A stretch of 64,000 bases of DNA from Marinicella sp. (GTDB lineage: Bacteria; Pseudomonadota; Gammaproteobacteria; Xanthomonadales; Marinicellaceae), in contig OZ246001.1 in assembly GCA_965230295.1 (NCBI GenBank), forward strand, positions 1,632,001 to 1,696,000, given 5' to 3'. Below, in pieces: positions 9,508 to 19,838 of the stretch; within the stretch, counting starts at the first letter, position 1, and every line of letters starts with the position of its first letter. The translations under genes and the position numbers were made by a program. The notes below the pieces were generated by a model, which worked only from the letters and a program-made list of their open reading frames with translations, ran no database searches and was not told where the DNA came from.

Positions 9508-10434
9508 TCAATAGAAGCTGGCTTCATCTGCTGGTCTGGTTTTGAATCGCTTATGCAGCCACAGGTACTGCTCAGGGGCTTGGGTCACCAGCTTTTCTAT
9601 CTGCTGATTGATGCGCAAGGTATCCCCCTTGACATCTTTGCTGGGAAAATCAGCCAATGGCGCCGACAGGCTCAGTTCATAGAACGGGGCTTGATCAATC
9701 CTTTTGACGGAATAAAACATCACTTGACACCCTGAAATGCGTGCCAATTGGTGGGTGGCCGTAATGGTGGATGCTCGGGTACCAAAAAAATCAACAAAAA
9801 CAGATTGTCCGCGGCGGTAATTCTGATCAGGGGCATACCACACCACGCCGCCAGATTTGAGGTACTTGACGATCCCCTTGAGTTCATCACGAGAGAACAT
9901 GGCATCGGCATAATGCAATCGTGCACGCTTCACCACGAATTCCTGCACCGGGTTTTTATGTGGTCGGTAGACGCCAGCAATGGGGTATCGTTCACAGATG
10001 ACTCGACCACCCACATCCAGCGCTGTGAAGTGACCAGAAACCAGCAACACACCTTGACCTTTGGCCAAAGCAGCCTCCAGATACTCTTTCCCGGAAATGG
10101 TCAAGGGCTCATATAACTTGGAAGACCGGTTCAAAAAGGTGCGTAAGGTTTGACTCACCATCATCCCTGTTTCGCGATAATTTTTCTCAATCAACTCTTG
10201 TTGCTGATCTTGGGTTAAATCAGGAAAACAGGTGGCTATGTTTTTTTTAATCACCCGACGTCTGGATTTAAACAGCCGTTTAAAAAGCCAGCCCATGGCT
10301 CGCCCTATGGCCAACAACAAACGCCTGGGTAAATGCGCCAGCAACCAACACAAGCCATAAACAAACCATCCGGACAAATTTGACCAAAATGCCGGCCTGT
10401 CCAGATGATCGTTAGTTTTTGATGGTTGGTTCAT
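9508..10434 (-). CDS. lpxL: Lipid A late acyltransferase (LpxL/HtrB family)
   Basis: HFTALD, WYAPDQ, PEQYLWLHKRFKTRP. Confidence 0.88.
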   Translation of the reverse strand: MNQPSKTNDHLDRPAFWSNLSGWFVYGLCWLLAHLPRRLLLAIGRAMGWLFKRLFKSRRRVIKKNIATCFPDLTQDQQQELIEKNYRETGMMVSQTLRTFLNRSSKLYEPLTISGKEYLEAALAKGQGVLLVSGHFTALDVGGRVICERYPIAGVYRPHKNPVQEFVVKRARLHYADAMFSRDELKGIVKYLKSGGVVWYAPDQNYRRGQSVFVDFFGTRASTITATHQLARISGCQVMFYSVKRIDQAPFYELSLSAPLADFPSKDVKGDTLRINQQIEKLVTQAPEQYLWLHKRFKTRPADEASFY

Positions 10435-10497
10435 AACAAAGACAGGTGGCCAAGCAGCTGTTGCACTGAGTCAGTAAATCCTTGACCACTTGACACT

Positions 10498-13470
10498 TCA
10501 CTTAACCGTAAACTCAACGCTGTGTTCATGATCTCCCTGTTCAATCTTCATTTTGTAATTGCCTGGTTCAATGTAAGGAGGGTGGCCTAAGCGCTGAGAT
10601 TCTGCATAGGGCATTTTCGCCTTGTTCAAGGGTTCAAAATTAACCACTTCTTCATTGCCATCTATTTGGCTGACACCCTCAATTTGATCTTCGTCCTCGA
10701 CTGATGTTTTGGCATTGGCTGATGCCTCAGCTGCAATGGCACTGTCAGCATCCACCTTGTAGCCCCACAACCATTGGTTTATGCCTGCATTTAATTTCCA
10801 ATCTTGCCTGAAATACTCGGATCCGTCTTGGTCCGTGATGCTGATGGTGGCTTCTCCTGCCGCTTTGGACCAAACATAAACCGGGACTTGGTCATGGGTT
10901 TGGTCGGTGTAACTCCAGCGAAATGGCTTGCTGTCCCAACTGCCTTTTTCTTTGATCTCTGCCACTGGGTAGAGGTGCAAATCTGCGGTTTTGATGGCAT
11001 CGGTGATGCCTTGAACCGGACTGACATCAGCGACAAAAACACTGCGCCCATGGGTGCCTATGACCAGTTCATTTTCTCTGGGGTGTACGATCAAATCATG
11101 CACCGGCACAGTCGGTAATTGGTTGCCCAACATGTCCCAGTCTTGACCTTGGTTCAAAGACACATAGATGCCTTTGTCTGTACCCACATAAACGATTTGG
11201 TCATTTTTGGGGTCTTCCTTAACCACATTGATGGTTTCATTAGGCAAGCCTGCACTCATGTCACGCCATTTATTACCCAAATTATCAGTTCTAAACAAGT
11301 AGGGTTTGATGTCGTCATTGCGGTAATTATTCAACGCCAGCCAAGCCCTTTTTTCCTGGTGTGGCGAGGCCACAATGCGACTCACCCATTTGCCTTTCAA
11401 AGACCTGGCGTTGGGTAAGTTTTTACTGACCTTTTGCCAGTCCTCTCCACCATTGCTGGTGACCCAAACCAGACCATCGTCTGTACCAGCCCAGATCAAA
11501 CCAAATTTCATCGGTGACTCTGACAAACTTGTCAAAGTCGCAAACGGCACATCGCCACGATTTTCTGATTCCGTGAGGTCGCCACTGATCAAAGTCCAAT
11601 CATCACCATTGTTCATGCTTCGGTAAACTTTATGACCACCAAAATAGAGAATGTCTTTGTTGTGGGTTGACATCATCACGGGGGTATTCCAGTTCTTGCG
11701 CAATGACTCTTCTCCCACGTAATTGGGTGGTGTGATTCTTTTCGGTGCGGCAGACCCCAGTCGAAAAGAATTACCAAACTGGAAGCCTACATACGTGAGT
11801 TTCTCATCATCGTCAACATTCACATGCATACCATCACCACCAAAAATGCGTTCCCAATCGTCACCGCGATATTGGTTGTTATGCCACAGATTTTGACTGG
11901 AACCTTTTAAGGTACCATTGTCCTGCAAACCACCATAAATGTTATAAGGCTTTTCCATATCAACGGCAATGGTATAAAACTGACCTACAGGTTGGTGATC
12001 AACTTTGCTCCAGGTTTGACCACCATCATAACTTTCATCAACCCCGCCATCATTGCCCACCATGATGTGATTGCTGTTGTTGGGATCAATCCAAATGGCT
12101 TGAATGTCCGCATGCACGGATGAATCCCATGCCGATGCCCAGGTTTTACCGCCATCGGTTGATTTAATGAATGGCACTCCAGTGGCATACACAGTATCTA
12201 CATCCTGCGGGTCCACCTTAACCTGACCAAAGTAGTAACCATAGGAAAAGACCACCCCTTGCAAGTCTTCGTCATGGGTCCGATAGAAACTGTCTCCACC
12301 ATCATCTGAACGGTAAATTTCAAGTGATTTGATGTCTACATTAAACAGATTGGTGTTGCCATCTGCCAGTTTCTCAACCAAAGATTGTGGTGTGATTTCA
12401 TCATTCTTTATTTGTTCGACCACCTTTTCAGCCGTCATCTCTGGTGGGAAGTTATTGCCACGCAAAAATCTTTCTATGGCTTTTTCATCTTGACTTAAAA
12501 ATGTGGCTTTATCCATATTTTTTAAGCGCTTGACATTAACCGCTTGGTCTCCCATGTCCCACTGATCCTGAGGTAAAGGTGTTTGGTTGTCGACTGAAAC
12601 GTATAAGGTGTTTGGCTCACTGACGGCTGTTGTCAGGCCCATTCGCCCTGTGTGCTTACCTTGTGGCAAGCCATTGGTGAGTTTTTGCCAGGTATCCCCT
12701 TGGTCAGAACTTTTATAAATGGCACTGCCTTCTCCACCTTCGACAAAATCCCAAGCCCGTCTTGATCGATCCCATGCAGATGCATACAAGTCACCATTGG
12801 ACGACCTGGCCACATCAATGAAACCGGTAAAACCTTCACCAGAGATCAAAGTTTCCCAACTTTTCCCGCCATCGGATGTGCGGTACAACCCGCGATCTCC
12901 ACCGTCGGTATATAGACGGCCTAATGCAGCCACATATACCCGCTCAGAATTTTCGGGGTCAACCAGTATCCGACCAATGCGGTCGGTGTCACCGAGCCCT
13001 ACATACTGCCAACTGGCGCCCCCATCAACAGATTTATAGACACCCATACCGCCATAGGAAGAACGGGATGAGTTGTTTTCTCCGGTACCCAACCACAGCG
13101 TATTGGAATCATTGGGGTCAACCACCAATGAACCCACAATTTGGCTGGGAAGGTTGTCGGTAATTGGCACAAAAGTGTTGCCATTGTTGGTGCTCTTCCA
13201 AACACCGCCTGAAGCATACCCAACATAGATCACATGGGGTTGATCAACCGGCCTGATTACATCCACTGCGCGACCTCCCTGTACCACCGGACCCACATTG
13301 CGCCAAGTGATGCCTTTATACGGCGTCTCTGATCGCATGGCTTGGTGTTGATCCCATGAAACCTTTTGGTGGTTATAGGTAGATGACACATCAGCCATGG
13401 TGTGGGTTGATGCTGACAACATGAGCAAACCAATGAAAGTCAGAGAACACAACGTTTTAAACTGTTTCAT
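10498..13470 (-). CDS. Secreted VPS10/BNR (Asp-box) beta-propeller protein, glycosyl-hydrolase-like
   Basis: Signal peptide, many SxDGGxTW Asp-boxes, GGLQDNG, GTHGRS. Confidence 0.88.
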   Translation of the reverse strand: MKQFKTLCSLTFIGLLMLSASTHTMADVSSTYNHQKVSWDQHQAMRSETPYKGITWRNVGPVVQGGRAVDVIRPVDQPHVIYVGYASGGVWKSTNNGNTFVPITDNLPSQIVGSLVVDPNDSNTLWLGTGENNSSRSSYGGMGVYKSVDGGASWQYVGLGDTDRIGRILVDPENSERVYVAALGRLYTDGGDRGLYRTSDGGKSWETLISGEGFTGFIDVARSSNGDLYASAWDRSRRAWDFVEGGEGSAIYKSSDQGDTWQKLTNGLPQGKHTGRMGLTTAVSEPNTLYVSVDNQTPLPQDQWDMGDQAVNVKRLKNMDKATFLSQDEKAIERFLRGNNFPPEMTAEKVVEQIKNDEITPQSLVEKLADGNTNLFNVDIKSLEIYRSDDGGDSFYRTHDEDLQGVVFSYGYYFGQVKVDPQDVDTVYATGVPFIKSTDGGKTWASAWDSSVHADIQAIWIDPNNSNHIMVGNDGGVDESYDGGQTWSKVDHQPVGQFYTIAVDMEKPYNIYGGLQDNGTLKGSSQNLWHNNQYRGDDWERIFGGDGMHVNVDDDEKLTYVGFQFGNSFRLGSAAPKRITPPNYVGEESLRKNWNTPVMMSTHNKDILYFGGHKVYRSMNNGDDWTLISGDLTESENRGDVPFATLTSLSESPMKFGLIWAGTDDGLVWVTSNGGEDWQKVSKNLPNARSLKGKWVSRIVASPHQEKRAWLALNNYRNDDIKPYLFRTDNLGNKWRDMSAGLPNETINVVKEDPKNDQIVYVGTDKGIYVSLNQGQDWDMLGNQLPTVPVHDLIVHPRENELVIGTHGRSVFVADVSPVQGITDAIKTADLHLYPVAEIKEKGSWDSKPFRWSYTDQTHDQVPVYVWSKAAGEATISITDQDGSEYFRQDWKLNAGINQWLWGYKVDADSAIAAEASANAKTSVEDEDQIEGVSQIDGNEEVVNFEPLNKAKMPYAESQRLGHPPYIEPGNYKMKIEQGDHEHSVEFTVK

Positions 13471-13607
13471 GCTTTTTAATCCGATTCAATAAGCCTATAA
13501 TTATGGGCTTAAGTGAATACAGTGGCAAGTGCATCGAACCAATCACCATCAAATCGTTACTTCTGTTACATGTGAAGCTTATATTGAGGCCTTATTATGA
13601 TTGAATT

Positions 13608-15482
13608 ATGACTACTGACACCCACCCTACAAGCAAGCCATTCGGTATGGCCCAAGTGTTTAATTTTTTTACCAAGCCATTTATTTTGGTGGCCAATTTC
13701 ACCCGACATTTTTTGTTGTTATTGGTGTTCTTGATTATTTTATACCTGATCTTCGGTGGCCAAAGCATCACCATCAAAGAAGGGACCGCCTTGGTACTGG
13801 CACCCAAAGGATTTGTGGTCGACCAATACAGCGGCGATCCAAAAACCCAGGCCATTGATAACTTACGTGGCACCGACATTCCTGAAACTCGGGTCAGAGA
13901 CATTTTGCGGGCCATAGAACTGGCCACTGATGACCATAAAATCACAGCCTTGGTATTAAACCCTGATTATATGTGGGGTGCTGGTTTGGCCAATTTGCGT
14001 GAAATTGAATACGCCATCGACCAATTCAAAACTAAATCCAACAAGCCGGTGATCGCCATGGCCACCAACTTGTCTCAAGGTCAGTACTACTTTGCCAGTT
14101 TGGCCGATGAAATCCTGATGGACCCCCAAGGATTTTTATTCTTACAAGGCTTTGGTTCATACCGTAATTACTTCAAAGATGGCCTGGATAAGCTGGGAGT
14201 GGATGTTCACTTATTCAAAGTGGGTGAATATAAATCTGCCGCAGAACCCTATGTGCGCAACGACATGTCTCAAGAAGCCAAGGAAGCAGGGCTGCATTTC
14301 ATGAAAGACTTGTGGCAAACTTACCTTTCTGGAATTGCCGCCAGACGCGGCTTGACTGTTGAAGCCATTGAAGAAATCGTTGACCAACAAGCCCAGCGCC
14401 TGATGGCGAACAAAGGATCGGTATCAGACATGGCGGTTGATGCCGGATTGGTGGATCGCATCATGAAGAGAAGCTTCATGCACAAGCGCATTGCCGAAGT
14501 CAGTTCGTTTGATGATAACAACAACCATTTTCGCGGTATTGGATACGAAGACTATTTAAGCACCCATTTGTCTACTGTAACTTCAACAAGCAGTAAAGTG
14601 GCTGTGGTGGTGGCTGAAGGCACGATCATGGGTGGCGAACAACCTGCTGGTACCATCGGCGGTGCTTCCACCAGCTCCCTGTTAGAACTGGCCCGACTTG
14701 ACCCATCAGTCAAAGCCGTGGTGTTGCGAGTGAACAGCCCAGGTGGTGGTGTCTATCCTTCTGAACAAATCAGGCGCGAAGTGGATGCCCTGAAGATCGC
14801 CGGTAAACCTGTGGTTGTTTCCATGGGCAATGTAGCGGCTTCGGGCGGTTATTGGATATCAATGACTGCAGACAGTATATGGGCTGATGAGGCCACCATT
14901 ACCGGCTCAATTGGCATCTATGGTTTGTTAATGACTTATCCGGATTTATTCAACAAGCTGGGCATTCACACCGACGGTATTGGCACCACCAAATGGGTGG
15001 GGGCTTTCAATCCAGACAAAGATTTGGATCCTGAGTTTGCCGATTTAATCCAAAGCAACATTGAGTATGGTTACCAACAATTCATCGGATCGGTTGCCGC
15101 CGCGCGCAATCTGGAAGTTGAAATGGTGGACCGCATCGCACGTGGCCGTGTGTGGACAGCCAAACAAGCTTACGATTTGGGGTTGATAGACCAACTGGGC
15201 GGTTTACAACAAGCCATCGAAGATGCCGCCACCAAAGCCAACCTCACAACAGATTACCACCTGGTCTGGGTGGAAGAGTCTTTGAGCTTCACTGAACAGC
15301 TGTTTGTTGACATGTTGGCCAAGGCGGGTGAACACATTGATTTCAAAACCAACACCAACAACCTGAAACTACAGCAATTACTGCAACCTTTCGCAGCCGA
15401 ACTGGCCATGGTGCTAGACGCCAAACCTGGCGAAGTGTTGCAAATGGCTCATTGCTTGTGCGACTTTAACCACATCCCTTAG
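13608..15482 (+). CDS. sppA: Signal peptide peptidase SppA (protease IV)
   Basis: VGEYKSAAEP, RVNSPGG, AASGGYWI, TITGSIG. Confidence 0.95.
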   Translation: MTTDTHPTSKPFGMAQVFNFFTKPFILVANFTRHFLLLLVFLIILYLIFGGQSITIKEGTALVLAPKGFVVDQYSGDPKTQAIDNLRGTDIPETRVRDILRAIELATDDHKITALVLNPDYMWGAGLANLREIEYAIDQFKTKSNKPVIAMATNLSQGQYYFASLADEILMDPQGFLFLQGFGSYRNYFKDGLDKLGVDVHLFKVGEYKSAAEPYVRNDMSQEAKEAGLHFMKDLWQTYLSGIAARRGLTVEAIEEIVDQQAQRLMANKGSVSDMAVDAGLVDRIMKRSFMHKRIAEVSSFDDNNNHFRGIGYEDYLSTHLSTVTSTSSKVAVVVAEGTIMGGEQPAGTIGGASTSSLLELARLDPSVKAVVLRVNSPGGGVYPSEQIRREVDALKIAGKPVVVSMGNVAASGGYWISMTADSIWADEATITGSIGIYGLLMTYPDLFNKLGIHTDGIGTTKWVGAFNPDKDLDPEFADLIQSNIEYGYQQFIGSVAAARNLEVEMVDRIARGRVWTAKQAYDLGLIDQLGGLQQAIEDAATKANLTTDYHLVWVEESLSFTEQLFVDMLAKAGEHIDFKTNTNNLKLQQLLQPFAAELAMVLDAKPGEVLQMAHCLCDFNHIP

Positions 15483-16087
15483 TCTTGACCACCAACCATG
15501 GGGATGTAATTGGGGTGGTTCTTGATGTGGGATAACCACTGGTTGATGGCCGGATACTGACTCAAATCAAAACCACCTTCATCAGCCACATGGGTGTAGG
15601 CAAACAAGCATATATCTGCCACCGTCAACTGATCGCCGGTTAAATAAGGGTGTTTTGCCAGTTGCTGTTCCATCTGAGACAAGGCTTGATGGCCCCCATG
15701 TTGTTTGGCGGCATATTCAGCTTGGCGTGCACTTGGCATGCCTTGAAATTTATTGATGAATCTGGCCACAGCAATATAAGGTTCATGGCTGTATTGTTCA
15801 AAAAACTGCCATTGTTGAACGCGACTGAAATGTTCTTTTTCAGATGGTAACAATGCCGTACCATAGGCCAAATAGTTCACGATGGCGTTGGATTCACTCA
15901 AGAAGCTGCCATCGTCCAACTGTAAAACCGGGATCTTGCCATTGGGGTTCTTTTTCATGAATTCAGCTGTTCTGGCTTCACCATGCATAATGTCAACAGC
16001 TTGCCACTCTAAAGGGATGTCAAGCCATGCGGCTGTTAAGAGTATTTTGTAACAATTTCCCGAGCGTTTATCACCAAATAATTTCAT
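15479..16087 (-). CDS. Glutathione S-transferase family protein
   Basis: SGNCYK, NPNGKIPVL, ESNAI, TVADICLFAYTH. Confidence 0.93.
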   Translation of the reverse strand: MKLFGDKRSGNCYKILLTAAWLDIPLEWQAVDIMHGEARTAEFMKKNPNGKIPVLQLDDGSFLSESNAIVNYLAYGTALLPSEKEHFSRVQQWQFFEQYSHEPYIAVARFINKFQGMPSARQAEYAAKQHGGHQALSQMEQQLAKHPYLTGDQLTVADICLFAYTHVADEGGFDLSQYPAINQWLSHIKNHPNYIPMVGGQD

Positions 16088-16215
16088 CTTAAAACCTACA
16101 AATTAAAGCCTTATTTTCACAGAAATACGACAGTCATTCATGTATTTTGTTTATGTAATGGCATTTGCCTCAGCATTCACCACTGAAACTTCTGGTGGCA
16201 GGGACTTTTGGCCCA

Positions 16216-16243
16216 TTGACATGATCTGGAGGCATGCTATAAT
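16216..16243 (+). promoter_or_regulatory. sigma70 promoter of rpoH
   Basis: TTGACA-16 nt-TATAAT with TGn extension. Confidence 0.75.
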
Positions 16244-16269
16244 CGCTTTCCCGTTGCTCAATGGAGGAC

Positions 16270-16297
16270 GGAACTAATCGGGTGTTAATCGGTCAAA
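16270..16297 (+). promoter_or_regulatory. sigmaE (RpoE) promoter of rpoH
   Basis: GGAACTA-16 nt-TCAAA versus consensus GGAACTT-N16-TCAAA; rpoH is an established sigmaE target in Gammaproteobacteria. Confidence 0.7.
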
Positions 16298-16358
16298 ATT
16301 AGCACTTTAATATCTCATCACATGGGCTATTGAGCCATGTAAGATTGGAGACCAAAAA

Positions 16359-17213
16359 ATGACTACAGAAACCATAAAAAACTTACCTGTACCTGCGATT
16401 ACCGGCTCGCTTGAGTCATACATCAGCAGTGTCAACCAAATACCTGTACTGTCGGTCGAGGAAGAACGCTCGTTGGCTGATAAAGTACGTGATCACAATG
16501 ATTTAGATGCCGCTCACGCTTTGGTGATGTCTCACCTGCGTTTTGTGGTGTATGTGGCCAAAGGTTACTCAGGCTATGGCCTGCCTGTTGGCGACTTGAT
16601 CCAGGAAGGCAACATTGGCTTAATGAAAGCCATCAAGCGCTTTGACTCAGTACACAAGGTTCGCCTGGTGTCATTTGCTGTGCATTGGATCCGTGCAGAA
16701 ATACATGAGTATATATTGAAAAATTGGCGCATCCTTAAAGTGGCCACCACCAAAGCTCACAGAAAACTGTTTTTCAATTTAAGAAAAAACAAAAAACGCT
16801 TGGGTTGGTTCACTCAAGAAGAAGTCAATCGCGTGGCCAAAGACTTGGACGTCAGCCCTGAAGTGGTGGTTGAAATGGAATCACGCTTACATGGCCAAGA
16901 CGTTTCTTTTGATTTACCACTGGATGACGATGAGGACAACAACTACTCACCACAAGCCTGGTTAACCAACAACAGCCCAACACCAGAGGCTGAACTGATC
17001 AAGGAAACCGAAGCGAATAAGAACCACCATGCCCTGTTCAAAGGTTTGGACAAGCTGGATGAGCGTTCTTTGGACATCATCCAAAGCCGCTGGTTGGTGG
17101 ACAAAAAAGCCACCTTACAAGAGTTGGCTGCCAAGTATGAAGTCTCGGCCGAACGCATCAGACAACTGGAAGCGGTGGCCTTGAAAAAACTAAAAACACA
17201 AATGGTGGCTTAA
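16359..17213 (+). CDS. rpoH: RNA polymerase sigma-32 factor
   Basis: [13 protein letters not shown], RpoH box (HRKLFFNLR), [10 protein letters not shown]. Confidence 0.98.
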   Translation: MTTETIKNLPVPAITGSLESYISSVNQIPVLSVEEERSLADKVRDHNDLDAAHALVMSHLRFVVYVAKGYSGYGLPVGDLIQEGNIGLMKAIKRFDSVHKVRLVSFAVHWIRAEIHEYILKNWRILKVATTKAHRKLFFNLRKNKKRLGWFTQEEVNRVAKDLDVSPEVVVEMESRLHGQDVSFDLPLDDDEDNNYSPQAWLTNNSPTPEAELIKETEANKNHHALFKGLDKLDERSLDIIQSRWLVDKKATLQELAAKYEVSAERIRQLEAVALKKLKTQMVA

Positions 17214-17236
17214 ACGGCCACAGTTAAATAAGCTTT

Positions 17237-17262
17237 AAAGGCCGCAATCCGCGGCCTTTTTT
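17237..17262 (+). terminator. rpoH intrinsic terminator
   Basis: AAAGGCCGC-N5-GCGGCCTTTTTT. Confidence 0.9.
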
Positions 17263-17304
17263 GTGTTTCAAGGAAAACTGGCGAGTGAGGTCCAATCATA
17301 TGCA

Positions 17305-17415
17305 GTCATTACGAGGAGCAAAGCGATACCCAAACGAGTTGAGTGCAGGCTAAGGCAACCAACCTCCTAAAAACTACCCGGCTTTACGAGATTGCTACAC
17401 TGCGTTCGCAATGAC
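17305..17415. repeat. REP-like palindromic element (GTCATT..CGAG...GATTGC...TCGCAATGAC type)
   Basis: Inverted ends GTCATTACGA / TCGCAATGAC between convergent rpoH and dinB. Confidence 0.7.
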
Positions 17416-17442
17416 ATTGTTCTATTAAAAACCCAAACCATT

Positions 17443-18528
17443 TTAATCAAACTCCAAATCCATTTGAGCAGGTTGGTCATTGTTTTTATATTGGATGCCC
17501 AAACCCAATAAACGCACAGGACGCTGTTGTCTTAGCCAGGCCGTTTCGACCAATTTTTGATAAATGCTTAAATCCAGTTTAGCGTGAATTTGTTGTGCGG
17601 TGGTGGTTTGAAAATTTTCGAACTTGAGTTTTACATACAAGGCCTTGATCTTGATGCTTTGCTTATCCATGGCCCGTTCATGGCGCTTAACCAATGCCTC
17701 ATACAGGCGTTGAGCTTCAGCTAAACAAGCCGGTAAATGAGTTAAATCCTTGAGAAATGTGTCTTCAACACTGACTGATTTTCTCACACTGTGGGTTTGT
17801 ACCGGACGCTCATCGATGCCCCGACATAAATGGTACAAGGTCGAACCAAAAACACCGAAACGTTGTTGTAGTTGCTGTTTTGATAACTGCTGTAGATCAA
17901 AACACGTATTCAGGCCCATGTCGTGCATTTTCTTGGCCGTTACTTTACCCACACCATAGATTTTCTTAACAGGTAGGTCTTTGACGAATTCATCCACCGC
18001 ATCTGGTGTGACGACAAATTGGCCGTTGGGCTTGTTCCAATCACTGGCAATTTTTGCCAAAAACTTGTTGGGCGCGATGCCTGCTGAAGCCGTTAACTGG
18101 TGTTGTTGCCATATGTCTTGCCTGATTTTTTGTGCCATCAGCGTGGCACTGCCGTGGCAAATGTCTGAACCCGTGACATCGAGAAAGGCTTCATCCAATG
18201 ACAGCGGCTGGATGGTATCGGTGTAATTTTTAAAGATGGTTTTGATGCCTTTGGACTCATCCTGGTAGACAGACATACGCACCGGCTGGATGATCAGTTG
18301 GGGGCATTTTTTGATGGCCTGGGCCATGGGCATGGCTGAGTGGATGCCAAAGGCCCTGGCTTCATACGAACAAGTGGCGACCACTCCTCGCTTATCTGGC
18401 TGTCCACCCACCGCTATGGGCAGTCCTTGTAAATGTGGAAAATCCCTGGCTTCTATGGCCGCATAAAAACAGTCCATATCAACATGGATAATTTTTCTTA
18501 TTTCATTATCTATTGAAGCCTCAACCAT
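17443..18528 (-). CDS. dinB: DNA polymerase IV
   Basis: HVDMDCFYAAIE, SYEARAFG, SLDEAFLD, NKFLAKIASD. Confidence 0.97.
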   Translation of the reverse strand: MVEASIDNEIRKIIHVDMDCFYAAIEARDFPHLQGLPIAVGGQPDKRGVVATCSYEARAFGIHSAMPMAQAIKKCPQLIIQPVRMSVYQDESKGIKTIFKNYTDTIQPLSLDEAFLDVTGSDICHGSATLMAQKIRQDIWQQHQLTASAGIAPNKFLAKIASDWNKPNGQFVVTPDAVDEFVKDLPVKKIYGVGKVTAKKMHDMGLNTCFDLQQLSKQQLQQRFGVFGSTLYHLCRGIDERPVQTHSVRKSVSVEDTFLKDLTHLPACLAEAQRLYEALVKRHERAMDKQSIKIKALYVKLKFENFQTTTAQQIHAKLDLSIYQKLVETAWLRQQRPVRLLGLGIQYKNNDQPAQMDLEFD

Positions 18529-18578
18529 CAGTATTTGTATGAGGAAAACTGCTGTTTATTTTAAACCCGCTCGCTGGC

Positions 18579-19838
18579 TCACAAGCGTTCATCAACCCAA
18601 TCTTCAGGCAACAGTCCCTTGAGGTCAAACAACACCCCATCTGGTTTCAAATAAGCCCTGGGGTTGGTGGCTAAAAATTGATCGTGGGCCACAGCCAACA
18701 CCACCAAATCATAGGCTCCAGATTCAGGTTCATCCACCAATGGTTGTTCCAAATCCAAGGCAGATTGTGGTTCGACCCAAGGATCAAAGACATCAATTTG
18801 GGCATGGTATTTTTGTAATTGGGTCACTATTTCAGTCACCCTTGTGTTGCGCAAATCAGGGCAGTTTTCTTTGAATGTAAGCCCCATGATTAATATCCTG
18901 GATGCCACAATGTGCTTTTGTTTTAACGCCATTAATTTCAAGATGCGTTCACTGACGTAACTGCTCATGTTTTCATTGAGGCGTCGGGCCGTGGTGATGA
19001 GCTGTGGATAAAACCCCTTCTCTTGGGCTTTGTGGATCAAGTAATAGGGATCCACTCCAATACAATGACCGCCCACCAAACCGGGGGTAAATTTCAAAAA
19101 ATTCCATTTGGTGGCAGCGGCTTCAATCACATCCAACACATCGATGTCCATTTCATGAAACATCATCGACAATTCGTTCATGAATGCGATGTTGATGTCG
19201 CGTTGGGTGTTTTCAATCGCTTTGGCGGCTTCAGCCACTTTGATTGACGGCGCCAAATGTGTGCCCGCTGTAATGATCTTTTGATAAATGGCGTTGATTT
19301 TTTCTGCCGTGGCCGCATCAGAACCCGCCACCACTTTAACGATCGAAGACAAGGTGTTGGTCTTGTCGCCCGGATTGATTCTTTCAGGTGAATAACCCAA
19401 AAAGAAGCCTTGATTCAATACCAAATCACTCTGTGCGGCCAAGATCTTGGCACAAACACCTTCTGTTGCACCAGGAAAGACCGTCGATTCATAAATGACT
19501 GTATCACCTTGTTGTAACAACGAACCGACCAATTCAGAGGCTTGAACCAACGGCGAAAGATCCGGTGTGTTGTTGGCATCTACAGGGGTCGGCACCGTGA
19601 TGATGTAATGGTTACAATCAGCCAGGTGGTTGGCATCTGCAGTGAAAGTCAACTGTTTGGCCGCTTGTAACTGTTCAGTACTGACCTCTTGGGTCAAATC
19701 CTGATGCTCTTGCAGTTCATCAATGCGTTGTTGATTGATGTCATAACCCGCCACCGGGTAATGCTCGGACAAAGCCACAGCCAGTGGTAAGCCCACATAG
19801 CCCAATCCAATCACTGCAATGTTATGGTCTGTCGTCAT
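18579..19838 (-). CDS. UDP-N-acetyl-hexosamine 6-dehydrogenase (TviB/WbpO family)
   Basis: GLGYVGLP, YSPERINPGD, GGHCIGVDPYY, FKENCPD. Confidence 0.92.
   Translation of the reverse strand: MTTDHNIAVIGLGYVGLPLAVALSEHYPVAGYDINQQRIDELQEHQDLTQEVSTEQLQAAKQLTFTADANHLADCNHYIITVPTPVDANNTPDLSPLVQASELVGSLLQQGDTVIYESTVFPGATEGVCAKILAAQSDLVLNQGFFLGYSPERINPGDKTNTLSSIVKVVAGSDAATAEKINAIYQKIITAGTHLAPSIKVAEAAKAIENTQRDINIAFMNELSMMFHEMDIDVLDVIEAAATKWNFLKFTPGLVGGHCIGVDPYYLIHKAQEKGFYPQLITTARRLNENMSSYVSERILKLMALKQKHIVASRILIMGLTFKENCPDLRNTRVTEIVTQLQKYHAQIDVFDPWVEPQSALDLEQPLVDEPESGAYDLVVLAVAHDQFLATNPRAYLKPDGVLFDLKGLLPEDWVDERL

Noticed and set aside
16299-16325. TTAGCACT upstream of rpoH as a CIRCE element
   Set aside because: Only the left arm is present; there is no GAGTGCTAA at the 9-nt spacing
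18549-18572. CTGTTTATTTTAAACC as a LexA box for dinB
   Set aside because: The right half is not ACAG
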